Shown here: one piece after another, positions 25,101 to 38,299 of the stretch
Layout: each line of letters starts with the position of its first letter
How positions within the stretch are numbered: position 1 is the first letter of the stretch
Assembly: GCF_006345805.1 (NCBI RefSeq)
Contig: NC_042997.1
Span: 73,966,001-74,030,000 of the forward strand
Direction: 5' to 3'
Source of the DNA: Octopus sinensis
Taxonomy: Eukaryota
Length of the DNA: 64,000 nt
Position numbers and translations under genes: made by a program
Notes under the pieces: model-generated
The model's database searches: none
What the model saw: the letters and a program-made list of their open reading frames with translations, nothing else
What the model was told of the DNA's origin: nothing

Positions 25101-25321
25101 CTCGTCGAGGCAAGGTATTCGTAATATAACAGTAAATAAATACTTTCTTAAAACTTCATATATTGTTCATCTTTCACATCCTACAGTATGCAATTATAAC
25201 AACAAATATTTACCATTACAAGTGGTGACCCCGAACAAGTGAATTGCAGCCTTCCCAAGAAACAACCGTTACATACATATAAAAAATTGAAAATAAAAAA
25301 GATACGATGTGTGAATAAGAA

Positions 25322-25715
25322 TCTTTATATATAAAAGTAAGGTTGTGTGCTGTCTGTCTCCTACGATTTAGATTCCTAACTACTCCCACATTTTGCGGTG
25401 CAGTTTAACCAAAACCGGATATCTTATAGTCGTGATTCATATCGAGCCCTTCTGGGTATTAGCGCGCATCTATGATGAGTCTACGATTTAAAAAAAATTT
25501 ACCATCAATTTTTCCCATTTTAATGCATTTTTGGCATATATAAGGGAAGTAACTCTCTAAAAATTTATTATTAAATCTCAGAACGTAAAAAGGTACAGTA
25601 ACAACCCCCCTTTGTGGTTAGCCATATTGAGATGGCTATTATACTTTACATCTCTAAAAATGCTTATATAGTTATTTCCCTTACAAACCCGAGCAACGCC
25701 GGGCGATACTGCTAG
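25322..25715 (+). mobile_element. Non-autonomous Helitron-like element
   Basis: 5' TC (A|TCTTTATATATAAAA), gtctgtct near the 5' end, subterminal hairpin CCCGAGC-AAC-GCCGGG at 25688-25703, and 3' CTAG at 25712-25715 followed by T (insertion between A and T). Confidence 0.7.
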
Positions 25716-26279
25716 TTAAATATAAATAATATATATAAATATAAAGAAAAGTAAGATATGCAATTGAAAGATATGAAATAATATATATCTATAAGTAAAA
25801 ATATACATATATATATACATATAAGAAAACAAGGTACCTGTAAATATATAAATATATGCTAAAATTAAAAGATCAGGAGAACAGATATTTGCACAACCAA
25901 GTTTTATAATACAGTTTTATTATACATCGTTCTTCATCGAGACCTACACACATTTCCGCTGTGTAGGTCTTGGCGAAGAATGATGTGATTAACTGTATAA
26001 TAAAATTTAAATGTGCAAATCTCCGTTTACCTGATTTGTATTAACTTAGTATTTTTTTCTCTATGTACACTATGCAGTCTTTATAAGGACATTAGAATTA
26101 TCAAGTGACGATTAACCGAGTATAGTAGTTTTTTACTGATCTGAGTTTCATCAGCATTCACTGTGGCTAGCCAGCATTGATAACCCATAAGATCAAACAC
26201 AGTATCCACTAGGATTATATATCCCTATAAACCATTTTAGAAATGTGTGTGTGCGTGCATGTGTGCATACGTGTGTATG

Positions 26280-26620
26280 TGTTTGAGATGTTTGAGGGCT
26301 ATGGTTGGTGTGACAGGAATGGACAGGATGAAGAATGAGGAGGTGCGAAGGCGAGCAGGAATGAAAGAAAGACTAGCAACCAAAATGGATAGACAAATGT
26401 TGAAATGGTTTGGCCACATGGAGAGGATGGATGAGGAGCAGATGGTAAAGAAAGCGGTGAAAGCAGAAGTGGCAGGCAGCAGAACCAAAGGCAGACATCG
26501 GTTTGTGTGGATGGATGGAGTGAGGAAAGCTTTGATGGTTAGAAGTGTTAGAGTGAGAGAAGCAAGAGAGTTTATAAATGAGAGGAAAGCTTGGAGTGTG
26601 TTCGTGGACGGATGAGTGAA
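26280..26620 (+). mobile_element. LINE (RTE-like) 3' coding fragment
   Basis: CLRAMVGVTGMDRMKNEEVRRRAG...LKWFGHMERM...GRHRFVWMDGV. Confidence 0.8.
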
Positions 26621-27660
26621 TTTGATGTTGCTCAAAGAGGTACGGAAGCAGCATGATGCAGTGGAGGTAATCCAGCATATGCTGTCGGGGCCCATGCAGA
26701 TATTGGGGGTTGTGTTCTATGCCTTGACCCAAACATAGAGCGGGGCTCGCTTCTTTGAGCTGGGAAATAAATTAAATACCTGGTGCTTATCTTGTTCTGG
26801 CTACTCCTTCCTAAAAATAGGGGGAATAGGCGTGGGCAATGGTGGAATGGCGGCACTCCTTATTTCCACTTGATACTATCGATAACATTCAATACAATGA
26901 GTCCTTTTTTTTCTTTAATTCTTTCTTTAGACTCGTCCATTGTATAATCCTTAAGCTTAATTTCAGTAACCACCATCTGGTTTATGAAAGAAATACAAAA
27001 TCTTTGTAAAGAACTGTGTGCTTCACGGTTCCAGTGACGCGGTGTTTGGCTGTTGTGCGCATGCTCACATGTCCGAGATAGGAAGTTTCATGCGAGGGAG
27101 AGAGAGCACTGTTGTTCACGCAGTGCCTACCCCACTGTACTGGTGAAAGGTAGTGTTTCTTTTTGACTCCGCCTGTGTTGTACTTAAAAACGTGTTTATA
27201 TTCTTGAATGTGACAAAGTGTAGAATTAGATTATTATCCTGCTTCCAGCTACAATGTTGTTGCCAGGATTTGAAAAATAGGGCAGATTTTCTACCCTTAT
27301 TTTGTGATTTAGGGGGAATATTTGAAAAACAAAGTGTAATTCGCAGTGGTGTTCAGTAAACAAATTAAACACACTACCTACCAGTGGTTAAAACATGAAC
27401 CGATCAAGTTTGTGCATAAATTTTCTTTTTATATGTTTGTTTCCTTTTACACAATATTAAAACAACGGCTAAAAATTTTCTGAAGCAGCACCCCCCACTA
27501 ATTTTATCTATGGGCCACCACAGGGCCTAGGTGTATATGTGTGTGTTGGTATGTTTGTATACATATATGCATATATGTGTGTGTATGTGCGTGTGTGTGT
27601 GCACATGCATGTGTACATATGCATATTAATATACGTCACATTTTCTGTGGTTTCTTATAC

Positions 27661-27829
27661 CTGTTAAAATGTCTATTTGATGCGCACTGTTGTTTATATC
27701 CTTCCTGATAAGATTGATGCATTGCTGATTATTATTCATCTTGTCGGATGTATTTTGAATGCATCCATCAAAACATATGTCGATGATATGAAGATATAAA
27801 TGATTTGATAACAACTCGAGTATTTGTCT
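27661..27829 (-). CDS. Candidate upstream TGase exon (ATG at 27739: MNNNQQCINLIRKDINNSAHQIDILT-G)
   Basis: Open frame from acceptor ttttaaatag to donor ACAG|gtataa. The phase-1 end matches the phase-1 acceptor at 22951. No homology support. Confidence 0.4.
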
Positions 27830-28279
27830 CTATTTAAAATTTTTCCTATTTTCTCCTAAATACGTCTCGCTTTTCCCCGGAATCAACTCCCACACAAGTG
27901 TGACCATTGTTTACTGGGACACTTAAGCAATATTTAGCTACAGAAATGGCTAAGAAAGCCCGAAAGCAAAGGAGGATGAAATGCAAGGTAATGTACAGTG
28001 ACAGAGATGGATGTCAATGGTACATAATGGTGGCTATAGTGAGAGGGATGTTGTCTATGAGAGGGCATAGAGAATGATTAACCAGCATGAGAGGTCTTAA
28101 AGATGAGTTCTAAAATGTAGATCAGAGAAGGGGAGAGATAAGTGAAAGCATAGAAAGTGGGTGGTTGGCAATGGAAAGGGATAATAATGGGAATGAGGGA
28201 TGATTGTTAATAGAGGAAGAAGGAGGCAACTGGTAGTGCAAACTGGAGGAATGAAATATGTGCCAATTCTGCTCCCAGT

Positions 28280-28920
28280 CATCATCATCATGCTAGCATA
28301 GGTTGGACGATTTGATTGAGGACTGGCGAACCAGATAGCCGCACCAGGCTCCAATCTGATCTGGCAGAGTTTCTACAGCTGGATGCCCTTCCTGTGCCAC
28401 CGACACGAGGGCCAGTCAGGCGGTACTGGCAACATCCACACTCAAATGGTGTTTTTTACGTGCCAAAAGAGTGATGGATGAATAGGTGTTAGGAGGATGA
28501 GATGTGAGGAATTCTTGATGGGATAGATTGAGTGCATGGGAATGTACATGCATAAACAAATGCTCTTAGCTAATTTTCATCATTATGACAGATAGATCTT
28601 CTAAAGTACAGCTAATAGCTAATTATCTCAGCTCTTTGTTATCTCTTCTATAAGGCTCAACAACTTGAGATCAGCCTTCTCTAATTTATCCCATGTCTTC
28701 CTGGGTCTACCTCTTCCACAGGTTCCATCCACTCTATGTAACTAAATCCATATGCATCACATAACCAAACCAATGCAGTCTTCTCTCTTGTCTGCTGCAA
28801 CGGATTTCTTTTATGCTTAGTATTTCTCTCAACACATTTGCACTTTCACATACATGCACACTGACATTACACATCCAACAGAGCACACTAGCTTCATTCC
28901 TCTCTAGTCTTCGCATGTTG
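28280..28920 (-). mobile_element. RTE LINE 3' end and tail fragments
   Basis: Reverse complement of the RTE tail (ggatgcccttcc, catcatcat) and of the RRLERNEASVLCWMCNVSV coding end. Confidence 0.7.
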
Positions 28921-29189
28921 TGTGTGTGTGTGTGTGCGTGCACACACACGCACACACATACACACACTCTCACTCACACATATAGTTCAAAACTGTACAA
29001 AAAACAAAAAGAAACAAGACAGGGAAAGAGGTTAGAACAACAAACAAAGTGTATTAGCCTGACACTCAGGAAAGTGGAAGAGTCTTTGACATTTCAAGTT
29101 TATGCTCTTCTACAGAAGGGAATGAGGAGAGAAAACAGATGGAGAGAAGAAAAACTCAGAGAGAGAAAAAACACGTCTTGAAAGGAAGG

Positions 29190-29830
29190 TGTGTAGAGTG
29201 TGATCATCACATTGACCATGATAGAGAAAGTTGAGCAGAAAATCTGTATTAAATTTTGCTAAAAGCTTGGCACTACCTGCTCAGAGGCCTATACAAAGTT
29301 TTCAAAAATTTTCATCATTCTTAACACAATGAAGATCTTGCGCAACTGAAACTCGAGTGTCGTTTTGGTCAGCTGAAAGCAGTTTTGGCAGACATGCATA
29401 TCATACCCAAATCTTCAGTGATAATGGACTGAACTGAATCATAACTAATAATCTGCACATGCTCTGATAACTCACCGATAGTGATTCAATGATTTCCCCT
29501 CACAGCTGCATACACATCTGCGATGTTTTTCTCAGTTCTGCTAGTTGTGGGTCTCCCAGAACTTTCATCAATATTGACATTTATTCAGACATCTTGGAAA
29601 CGTCTGGATCACTCATACACTCCTCTTCATACACTTTCTGCAACTTTGCATAGGCCTTTGAGCAGTTTTCTATCACCATGACAGTTTTCTCTGTCATGGT
29701 CAATGCAATGATCACACACTAGCCACTTTCCTGTCAAGCACTGCTGTAAACAGCAGAAATGAGCTAGCATGTTAAATTTAGTGTGCCTGCACAGCAGAGT
29801 TCAAGTTCAATCTGTGCCAAACAGCTTTAC
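29190..29830. mobile_element. Old mariner 5' fragments in opposite orientations
   Basis: Remnant EKVEQKICIKFC...CSEAYTK on plus; related SKAYAKLQKVYEEECMS on minus. Confidence 0.4.
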
Positions 29831-29877
29831 TCTGTGTGGTTTAACTTCATTACTATGGCAACAGTCATTGATCAGAC

Positions 29878-29917
<40 letters not shown>

Positions 29918-29919
<2 letters not shown>

Positions 29920-32900
29920 AATTCTATGACACCCTACTGCAGACCACCTCATTGATGAATGACAGGGACCTTCTCTTTGTGGCTGGTGGCTTCAATGGGC
30001 ATGTTGGACGACATGCTGGGGGCTTCCATGGCGTACATGGAGGCTACGGTTATGGCTCCCGCAACGAGGAGGGAACCAGGCTGCTGGAGTTCTGCGATGC
30101 GAATAGTCTTATAGTTTGCAACACTAACCTACAAGCCACCTGGTCACCTACCGATTGGGCCGACATACTAGCCAAATTGACTACATCCTTGCCAGAAAAA
30201 GGGAAAGATGGCTGCTTATAAATGCCAAAACCTTTCCAGGCGAAGAATGTACCCCACAACATAGACTGGTAGTTAGTGACTTTAGGATCAGGACTAAGAG
30301 GATGACTAGAAGACGACCAGCTTGGAGAAGGGTCTGGAAATTTAAAGATCCTGCGAATGGACAAAGATTTAGAGATATATTACTTGAAGCCTTTGACGAA
30401 ATAGAAGGGGGTATAGCTTCACATGGGGTAGAAGACAACTGGAGGTCTCTAAGGGACAACCTGCTGACAGCCACTGACCAGATCTGTGGTTGGTGCAAAG
30501 TACCCTCAAGACCCAAAATAACGTGGTGGTGGAACAATATTGTTGACAGGGCTATTAGACAAAAGAAACAGGCTTGGAAGGACTGGCAGAACGGTGGTAG
30601 CAGACTGCCAGAAGGGAAGCTAGGAGGCAGGTGTATTTAGCCAGAGGAGAAGCAGATAAGAAAAAATTTGCCAATGTTCTGCGCCATGAGGATGAAAGAC
30701 TTGAGGTATTTCGTGTTGCAAGACAGTGTGTGAGAGAGAATCGTGATGTGGTAGGAGAGAAATGTGTTTGCAAGGATGATGGTTCACTTGCGCTAAATGA
30801 TGATGCAAAGAGAGAGGTTTGGAGACGCCACAATGAAAGGTTGCTGAATAAAGAAAATGAATGGGATAAAGAGAGTCTGCCGAATGTCGACCCAACAGAG
30901 GGACCAGCAATCCGAGTTGACAGTTCCTTAGTAGTTAAGGCAATTACAAGCATGAAGACAGGGAAAGCCCCAGGCCCATCAGGAATTACTGCAGAGATGC
31001 TCAAAATATCTGTCGGTAGTGTCAGCTATAGCCTAGTCACCCGTCTAGTTAATCAGGTGATACACGAAGGAGTCATTCCCAATGACTGGTGTAGCAGCAT
31101 AATAGTCAACTGCTACAAAGGTAAAGGTGAAGCCCTAGATACAAATAACTACAGGGGTATCAAGCTGCTGGATCAGGTAATGAAGGTTACGGAGAGGGTT
31201 ATAGCCCAACTAATTAGAGAGAGAGTTAGCTTAGATGAGATGCAGTTTGGGTTCGTGCTAGGGAAAAGTACTACTGATGCTATATTCCTGGTAAGCAGGA
31301 GAAATACCTAGCCAAAGATAAGCCCCTTTACCTGGCTTTTGTTGACATGGAGAAAGCCTTCAACAGGGTCCCCCGATCCCTTATCTGGTGGTCAATGAGG
31401 AAACTAGGGATAGATGAAGAAACTAGGGTTAGTGAGAGCTGTGCGAGCCATGTACAGAGATGCTGCTAGTAAGGTGAGGGTTGGCAACGAGTACAGTGAA
31501 GAATTCCGGGTAGAGGTTGGGGTCCACCAAGGTTAAGTCCTCAGTCCCCTCCTATTTATCATAGTCCTCCAGGCAATAACAGAGGAATTCAAGACAGGAT
31601 GCCCCTGGGAGCTCCTCTATGCTGATGATCTTGCTCTAATTGCTGAGTCACTATCAGAACTGGAGGAGATGTTTCAGGTGTGGAAGCAAGGATTAGAATC
31701 GAAGGGCCTTAGAATCAACCTAGCCAAAACCAAAGTCCTAATAAGTAGGAAGGTAGACCAATCACAAACGCCTTCAGGTAGATGGCCCTGCTCGATCTGT
31801 AGAAAAGGTGTAGGTAGAAACTCTATAAGATGCACCAAGTGTAAGCTATGGACACATAAGAGGTGCAGCAATGTCAAAGGAAGGCTAACTAGGAAAATAG
31901 TTTTTGTTTGTGGCAGATGCTCAGGAGCAATAAACAGTGAAAATGTGCAGAGACCAACTTCTACCACATTCCAGGGAGAAAAACTAGAAGTAGTTGATAG
32001 CTTCCGTTACCTAGGTGACCAAGTCAGTAGCTGGGGTGGGTGTGCTGAAAGTGTAACTGCTAGAGTAAGAATAGCCTGGGCAAAGTTCAGAGAGCTCTTA
32101 CCCCTGCTGGTGACAAAAGGCCTCTGGCTCAGAGTAAAAGGCAGACTGTATGATGCACGTGTATGAACGGCCATGCTACATGGTAGTGAAACATGGGCTG
32201 TGACTGCTGAGGATATGCGTAAGCTCGCAAGAAATGAAGTCAGTATGCTCCAATGGATGTGTAATGTCAGTGTTCATACTCGACAGAGTGTAAGTACCTT
32301 GAGAGAAATGTTGGACCTAAGAAGCATCAGTTGTGGTGTGCAAGAGAGACGTTTGCGCTGGTATGGTCATGTGACGAGAATGGGTGAAGATAGTTGTGTG
32401 CAAAAGTGCCACACCCTAGTGGTTGAGGGAACCTGTGAAAGAGGTAGACCCAGGAAAACCTGGGACGAGGTGGTGAAGCACGACCTTCGAACTTTAGGTC
32501 TCACCAAGGAAATGACTAGAGACCGAGACCTATGGAAGTATGCTGTGCGTGAGAAGACCCAGCAGGACTAGTGAGACCATAACCCGTGGCCTCTACCTGG
32601 GATGTAGCCAGTCGACTTATGCATACCTTTCCTTCTTGAGACACAAAACTCCTCTTGTGAAGACCCATTGAGGCAAGTGGAAATCAAATCAAATCAAATC
32701 AGATATCAGAAATCAGAACCAAAATCGAAGTTTTGCAGCTGTGCATATTTTTTTTTGCAGCTGTGCAAAATCGAAGTTTTGCAGCTGTGATACCAGTGCC
32801 GGTGACACATAAGCGAACCATCCGATCGTGGCTGTTGCCAGCGCCGCCCCGACTGGCCTCCGTGCCGGTGGCACATAAAAAGCACCATCCGATCGTGGCC

Positions 32901-33180
32901 ATTGCCAGCCTCGCCTGGCCCCCGTAACGGTGGCACGTAAAAAGCACCATCCGTTTGTGGCCGTTTACCAGCCCCGTCTGGTACCTGTGCGGGTGGCACG
33001 TAAAAAGCACCCACTACACTCACGGAGTCGTTGGCGTTAGGAAGGGCATCCAGCTGTAGAAACACTGCCAGATCAGACTGAGCCTGGTGCAGCCTTCTGG
33101 CTTCCCAGACCCCAGTTGAACCGTCCAACCCATGCTAACATGGAAAGCGGACGCTAAATGATGATGATGATGATGATGAT
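29918..33180 (+). mobile_element. 5'-truncated RTE LINE: endonuclease, RT (YADD), embedded PHD finger, C-terminal region, 3' UTR and (ATG)n tail
   Basis: ORFs 30155-30640 (SQIDYIL), 30631-31311 (KAPGPSG, NYRGIKLL, QFGF), LLYADDL near 31615-31635, 31669-32166 and 32173-32571; several frameshifts and stops. Confidence 0.92.
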
Positions 33181-33236
33181 GATATATATATATATATTAT
33201 ACTTGCATGCATACACGCATGTGCACACACACATGG

Positions 33237-33279
<43 letters not shown>

Positions 33280-36200
33280 CAGGCTTCTATGCAGTTTACA
33301 TATAATGATTTCACTCAGAAGGCCAATCTCAGGCTATGTCTCTGAAGTGAACTTGTTGACCATACAATCATATATTCAGTTATTGCATTTGTAACCATCA
33401 CGTTTTTTGTTTTTTTTGTTTTTTTTGTTTTTTTGTTTCATTTATGACATAGTGTATGTAGGACTATTTAAAGCTAGAAGTCTTCTTTTCAGAAGGTGTG
33501 AATTGAGTGAAATTTGGATGCTAGCTTTAATCAGATGAGCCATACAAAGGCTCTTATTGTTATATTATGCTGTTTTAAACCACTTTGATGTAAAGAAAAG
33601 TTCACAATACATGCTATTAAAGATGGGAATTATTTTCAATGTTCAGTGAAAATAACAAATAAGAAGTGAGGAGAGATTTAAGTAAGCAGTGAGAAGGACT
33701 ATTGTAAGAATATAGAACAGTGAGAAAAGCTCAGTAGAGATCATGGTTCTATAACTTTTTCCATTCTTCCAGTGTTCTATATGTTGGTGAGAAATATTCA
33801 GCTTGTCAGTGATATTGACCTTACTCACTCATTTTTGCTGAGACAAGCTTATCTCATATCAACTGCTGGAAAATTAATCTTTCTGATTTTCATATTTTTC
33901 ATGCTTTCATATTAAATGAGAAAAAAACATTGGAATGGAATATATAAACAAATTAATTTTTAAAATCCTACTTGATTTTGAAGTTGCTTCTCTTAAGTGT
34001 CGAAATTGCTTCATGTACTGCTCAACAGATACGGCATTGGTACGGCCATTTACAGAACTCCCATCATGTGAACTATAGACAAAAATAATTAATGCACATT
34101 AATACAATCCATACACAAAAATAACCATTTTTATTTCATTTTATTTCTTCATATCAAAAATTATCAATCATCATCAATCAAACATGTTTCTCAATGTCTC
34201 ATTTTACTTACTGTTAAACTGGATGGGCAAGGGGACCAAACACCTAAGCCCATGACATGTGTTGGGAGTTATTTGGGGGAAAAGGGTGGTGTTGTCCAAA
34301 TGCTTGGGCCCATGCTAGGGTGCATATGTGTCTGTGTTTGTTCATGTATGTTTTGGCAAAACTCTTTGCCAGGTTTCCAAGTTTTGGTGGTGGTAGAGCC
34401 AAAAGAGGATAGGGTTTGTAGGTATAATAAAATATACTTTCTTTCATGTGGGCAAGGACTAAAAATCTCACTTATGCAGTTTAGATTAATATCTGGGTGT
34501 TGAAAGTTGTTTAATATGGCTCTTTTCTCTTTTCTTTTGCTACTAAAATAAGCCTTGCACTTCTCTAACATTTTATGATGTACTCAATGATGCTTTCCTT
34601 CAACAACCATATATGCCTGACCAGGACTGAAGAGTTTCATCTCTCTGGGATATTGAAGGAGGACTTATAGCTATTAAACCTAGTTCCTAAAGGACTTTCT
34701 GTCATTCCCACATACTTTCACATGTTTGGTCGCCCAAGTGGGCCTTTTCATATTACCTTTGTCACAAACGACTGTCTTCATGTTACAGTGGCTGTTAAGG
34801 AGACATGTAGAGATAACACAACATGCCCTCTTTATATATAGTACCACTGCATACATTCCAATCCGCACACATTTTCACAAAACTCTCGTAGTCTTATAAC
34901 ATCCCAAAAGTCATTTGGTGTCAAGGATCATAACTCTTGATTTAACCATAGCTCAGTTTGCTTCCTCCTTTTTTCACACCAACCACAAACCAGATGTATT
35001 TTTATACCTCCAATAACAGAAAGCAGTCACCATATTTTCTTCCATAACTGCCAGCTCTGATGAGTGTAGTATTACACAGTTGAACTGTTATCTACCATCT
35101 GGTTTAACACCTATTGCAAACTGATTGGTAAGATCGGCCTTAAAGGATATAATACAGTACACCTTGATTAATTTCACCTACTCAGTTGACAAATATACAA
35201 GTTTATATTTTTTCTGACTTATGGCTTTGTGTGTAAGATGCTGAAACTCAAGGGGAAACTGGCAAGAGATCAAAAATGATTGGTAATTTGCTATGCTCAA
35301 GGAAACCTATTTATCAAAGCAAAAGGATCTGAAAAGCATTTTGTAAATGCTTGTACATGTTGAGCCCTGCCCCTACACCCACTCTGCCCCATCAAGGATT
35401 TCCTACATCTTACCCATCCCTCCATCATTCCCCTATCCATGACACTACTTAGCTGCTGTAACCACTTGAGAGTGGAATCAACACATATTGCATCCCCTCC
35501 CATTCTTTGCACTAACAGTTACCTCCTTCCCACTACTCCTAGAACCTCTTCATCACTTCTTCTCATAATTATCATCCTTCACTGATCTCTCTGCCATACT
35601 TCATCTTAACACATCTCATCTGCTGTCCTTTTCAACACCCTTTTATATCTGCTCACACTCAATAGAACCTCCCTTATATATATATTGCTGCACCTTCCTT
35701 CTCACTGCACCTACACCTTGCACACAATTTCCCTACTTCCTGATCTCTCATCCTTGCTGAGCCACTTCTATCTTTCTCATCTTATCTCCTCTCTATACTT
35801 GTATTTCCCATCAACTATACCTCCACCCTTCTTCATCACTCACTACATTCACCTCCACCTCCCCATTTCCCCTCACATCCTTATGAAGCCATTCCCTTCC
35901 GACACCCACCGATTCACGCTCTGTATCCTCTCTTATGTTAACATTCTTGTATCTTGAAAGTTCATTCTGGCACCCAATCACTACAATCTTTATCTTCTCT
36001 CCAGCTATTTCAACCCACCCTTATATAATTTCAGGGTAGCCTTGTATCTCCTTTATAACAAAACACTTGTGTTGGTTCCCCCATCATATTTTAGCCACTC
36101 AACACCAGACATAAATCCAAACTCCCCCTCTCAAATATCCTTCCCCACTTGGTCCAGGGGATCTTTTGGCTGTTTTGCAAGTTACTTAGTAGTGCTGATG

Positions 36201-36351
36201 ACATGAAAAGGCATTTAGCATGCACTGTAAAGAGATTGGCATCCAGAAAGGCATCCAATGATGAAGCTGAAATTGAAGCTTCATGAAGACCTGCAGCTTG
36301 CTGGATCCTGTCAAACCACCCAACTAATGCCAGTATGGGAAAGAACATTAA

Positions 36352-36384
<33 letters not shown>

Positions 36385-36390
36385 ACATAT

Positions 36391-36422
<32 letters not shown>

Positions 36423-36436
36423 TGTATGTGTGTGTA

Positions 36437-36467
<31 letters not shown>

Positions 36468-36787
36468 TCATGCATACATAAATATCAAGCAATGAGAATG
36501 AGTACTCAACACTGCATTGGTGGATAAAATTTCTTTATTTGTGTATTAAAGCTACCAATGGTTTCATATTAAGAATACCTCAACAAGTATCAACCCTATC
36601 ACATGGAAAATCGATGTTCATCTCTATGTATGTATGTATGTATGTATGTATGTATGTACATGTAGCTAATAAGATTGCTTCTCAACTACAAGGTCTTGGG
36701 CAAGTGTCTACTACTATAGCCATAAGGCAATCAAAGCTTTCTGAGTGGATTTGGTAGAGCAAAATTGAAAGGAACCTCTGTGTGTGT

Positions 36788-36841
<54 letters not shown>

Positions 36842-38017
36842 TGCATATGTGTGTGTATGTTTGCATGTATGTTTGTGTGTACCCTTCTCTTGACATACAA
36901 TAATTGCTTGTACAATGATGATGTTCAATAAATCATCTCCATACAAGCTAGCTTATTTGTTTCAAATTTTCTATGTAAAATATGTCTAGCTATGGGAAAA
37001 TACAAATTCCATCTCACTCATGTAATTATGGAAAAGTTTTGCAAGTTATTTAGTAGTGCTGGTTGCAAAATAGGCAAATGATGATGAAGATGATGATATA
37101 AGTATAGAAATATATTAAAAGAAATAAAAAGCAAGCATCATTAATATTTTAAAACCACATTTACAACATCTGAGCATTTCTAAAATGTTTCAATAACAAT
37201 TATGAACGTATACAACCACATAATCATTAATAATAACATCGAATTATCTAACATAATTATCAATAACTATTAATAGTTATCATCAAGAATGATTATTCAT
37301 AATTAACAATCAGCATTATGATCACTTGATGTGAATAATAAGAGATAGTAGAAATTACAAAATGACTATCCCAATATGAAAGTTTGAGCTCTTACTTTTA
37401 TTACAGCTTTGTGTGTGTGTTTGTGTGTGTGTGTGTGCGTGTATGCGCGTGCATGTGTATGTGTGTGCATGCGTGCATGCATGTGTGTGTGTGTGTATAC
37501 ACAGATAAATATAGATGTCTGTGAGTGTGTGTGTATCATAGTCAAGAAAAATATATAGACAAAAATGATGCCAATAAAATATAATGAAAATGTCTATATA
37601 TAACTGTCCAACAAGTGTAGCTGAGTGACAAAAGAATATTGGATATAGTTATCAAATATACAAGTAAGTTAAGATTAAGTGAGGATGCTTTAAAGTAAAA
37701 TGTATCCATTATTTTAAATGAAAATCAGTTAGACGAACTCTAGGTATATATGTACACACACACACACACACACATATATATAAACACATATATGCATTTA
37801 CATTCCTACATACAGACACACACACACACACATACACACACGGCACATATATGTGATTTGCTCTTGAGACAAATTCAAATCACTGACATAAAGTATATAT
37901 AGTGTGAAATCTATCTGCTGATGTGCTACACAAATAAAATAAAATTTAAATTTTGAATTAGAAGCAGCTCTATATTGTAAACATTATCAATGTCACATAC
38001 TCAATGTATGTGCATTG

Positions 38018-38299
38018 TTAAACACTTTTTGGCTGCAGTATTCCATCTAGGGAAAGACTCGTTAAAGATGTAGTGTGTTTAAAAACGTAGTATACTTCAA
38101 ACCTGGTGATTTGAATTTGTCACAAAGGCAAATTGAGTATACAGCACCAGTGAGCTGAAATAACAGCGAAATATATCTGTAATTCCTGTTCATCTCTGGA
38201 GCAATTTGTTTTACCAGGTTGCAAAGTATACTATGCTCTTGAACTACATCTTTAAAGGGAGTTTTCCTAGATGAAATACTGCAACCAAAAAGAGTTTAA
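38018..38299. repeat. Old foldback/MITE-like imperfect inverted repeat (38018-38107 / 38213-38299)
   Basis: tttttggctgcagtattccatctaggga...aaagatgtag...gtatactt..acctggt is mirrored on the opposite strand. Confidence 0.6.

Noticed and set aside
26890-26985. Short minus-strand ORF MVVTEIKLKDYTMDESKERIKEKKDSLY as TGase first exon
   Set aside because: It ends in a stop, and no phase-1 donor is available to join 22951.
32790-33010. Repeat-spacer-like array resembling CRISPR
   Set aside because: Eukaryotic context, degenerate repeats, related rather than unique spacers, no cas genes; it is the RTE 3' UTR.
38018-38299. Exon-like segment on minus near 38215-38280
   Set aside because: It is one arm of an imperfect inverted repeat, with the same pseudo-splice pattern mirrored on plus.
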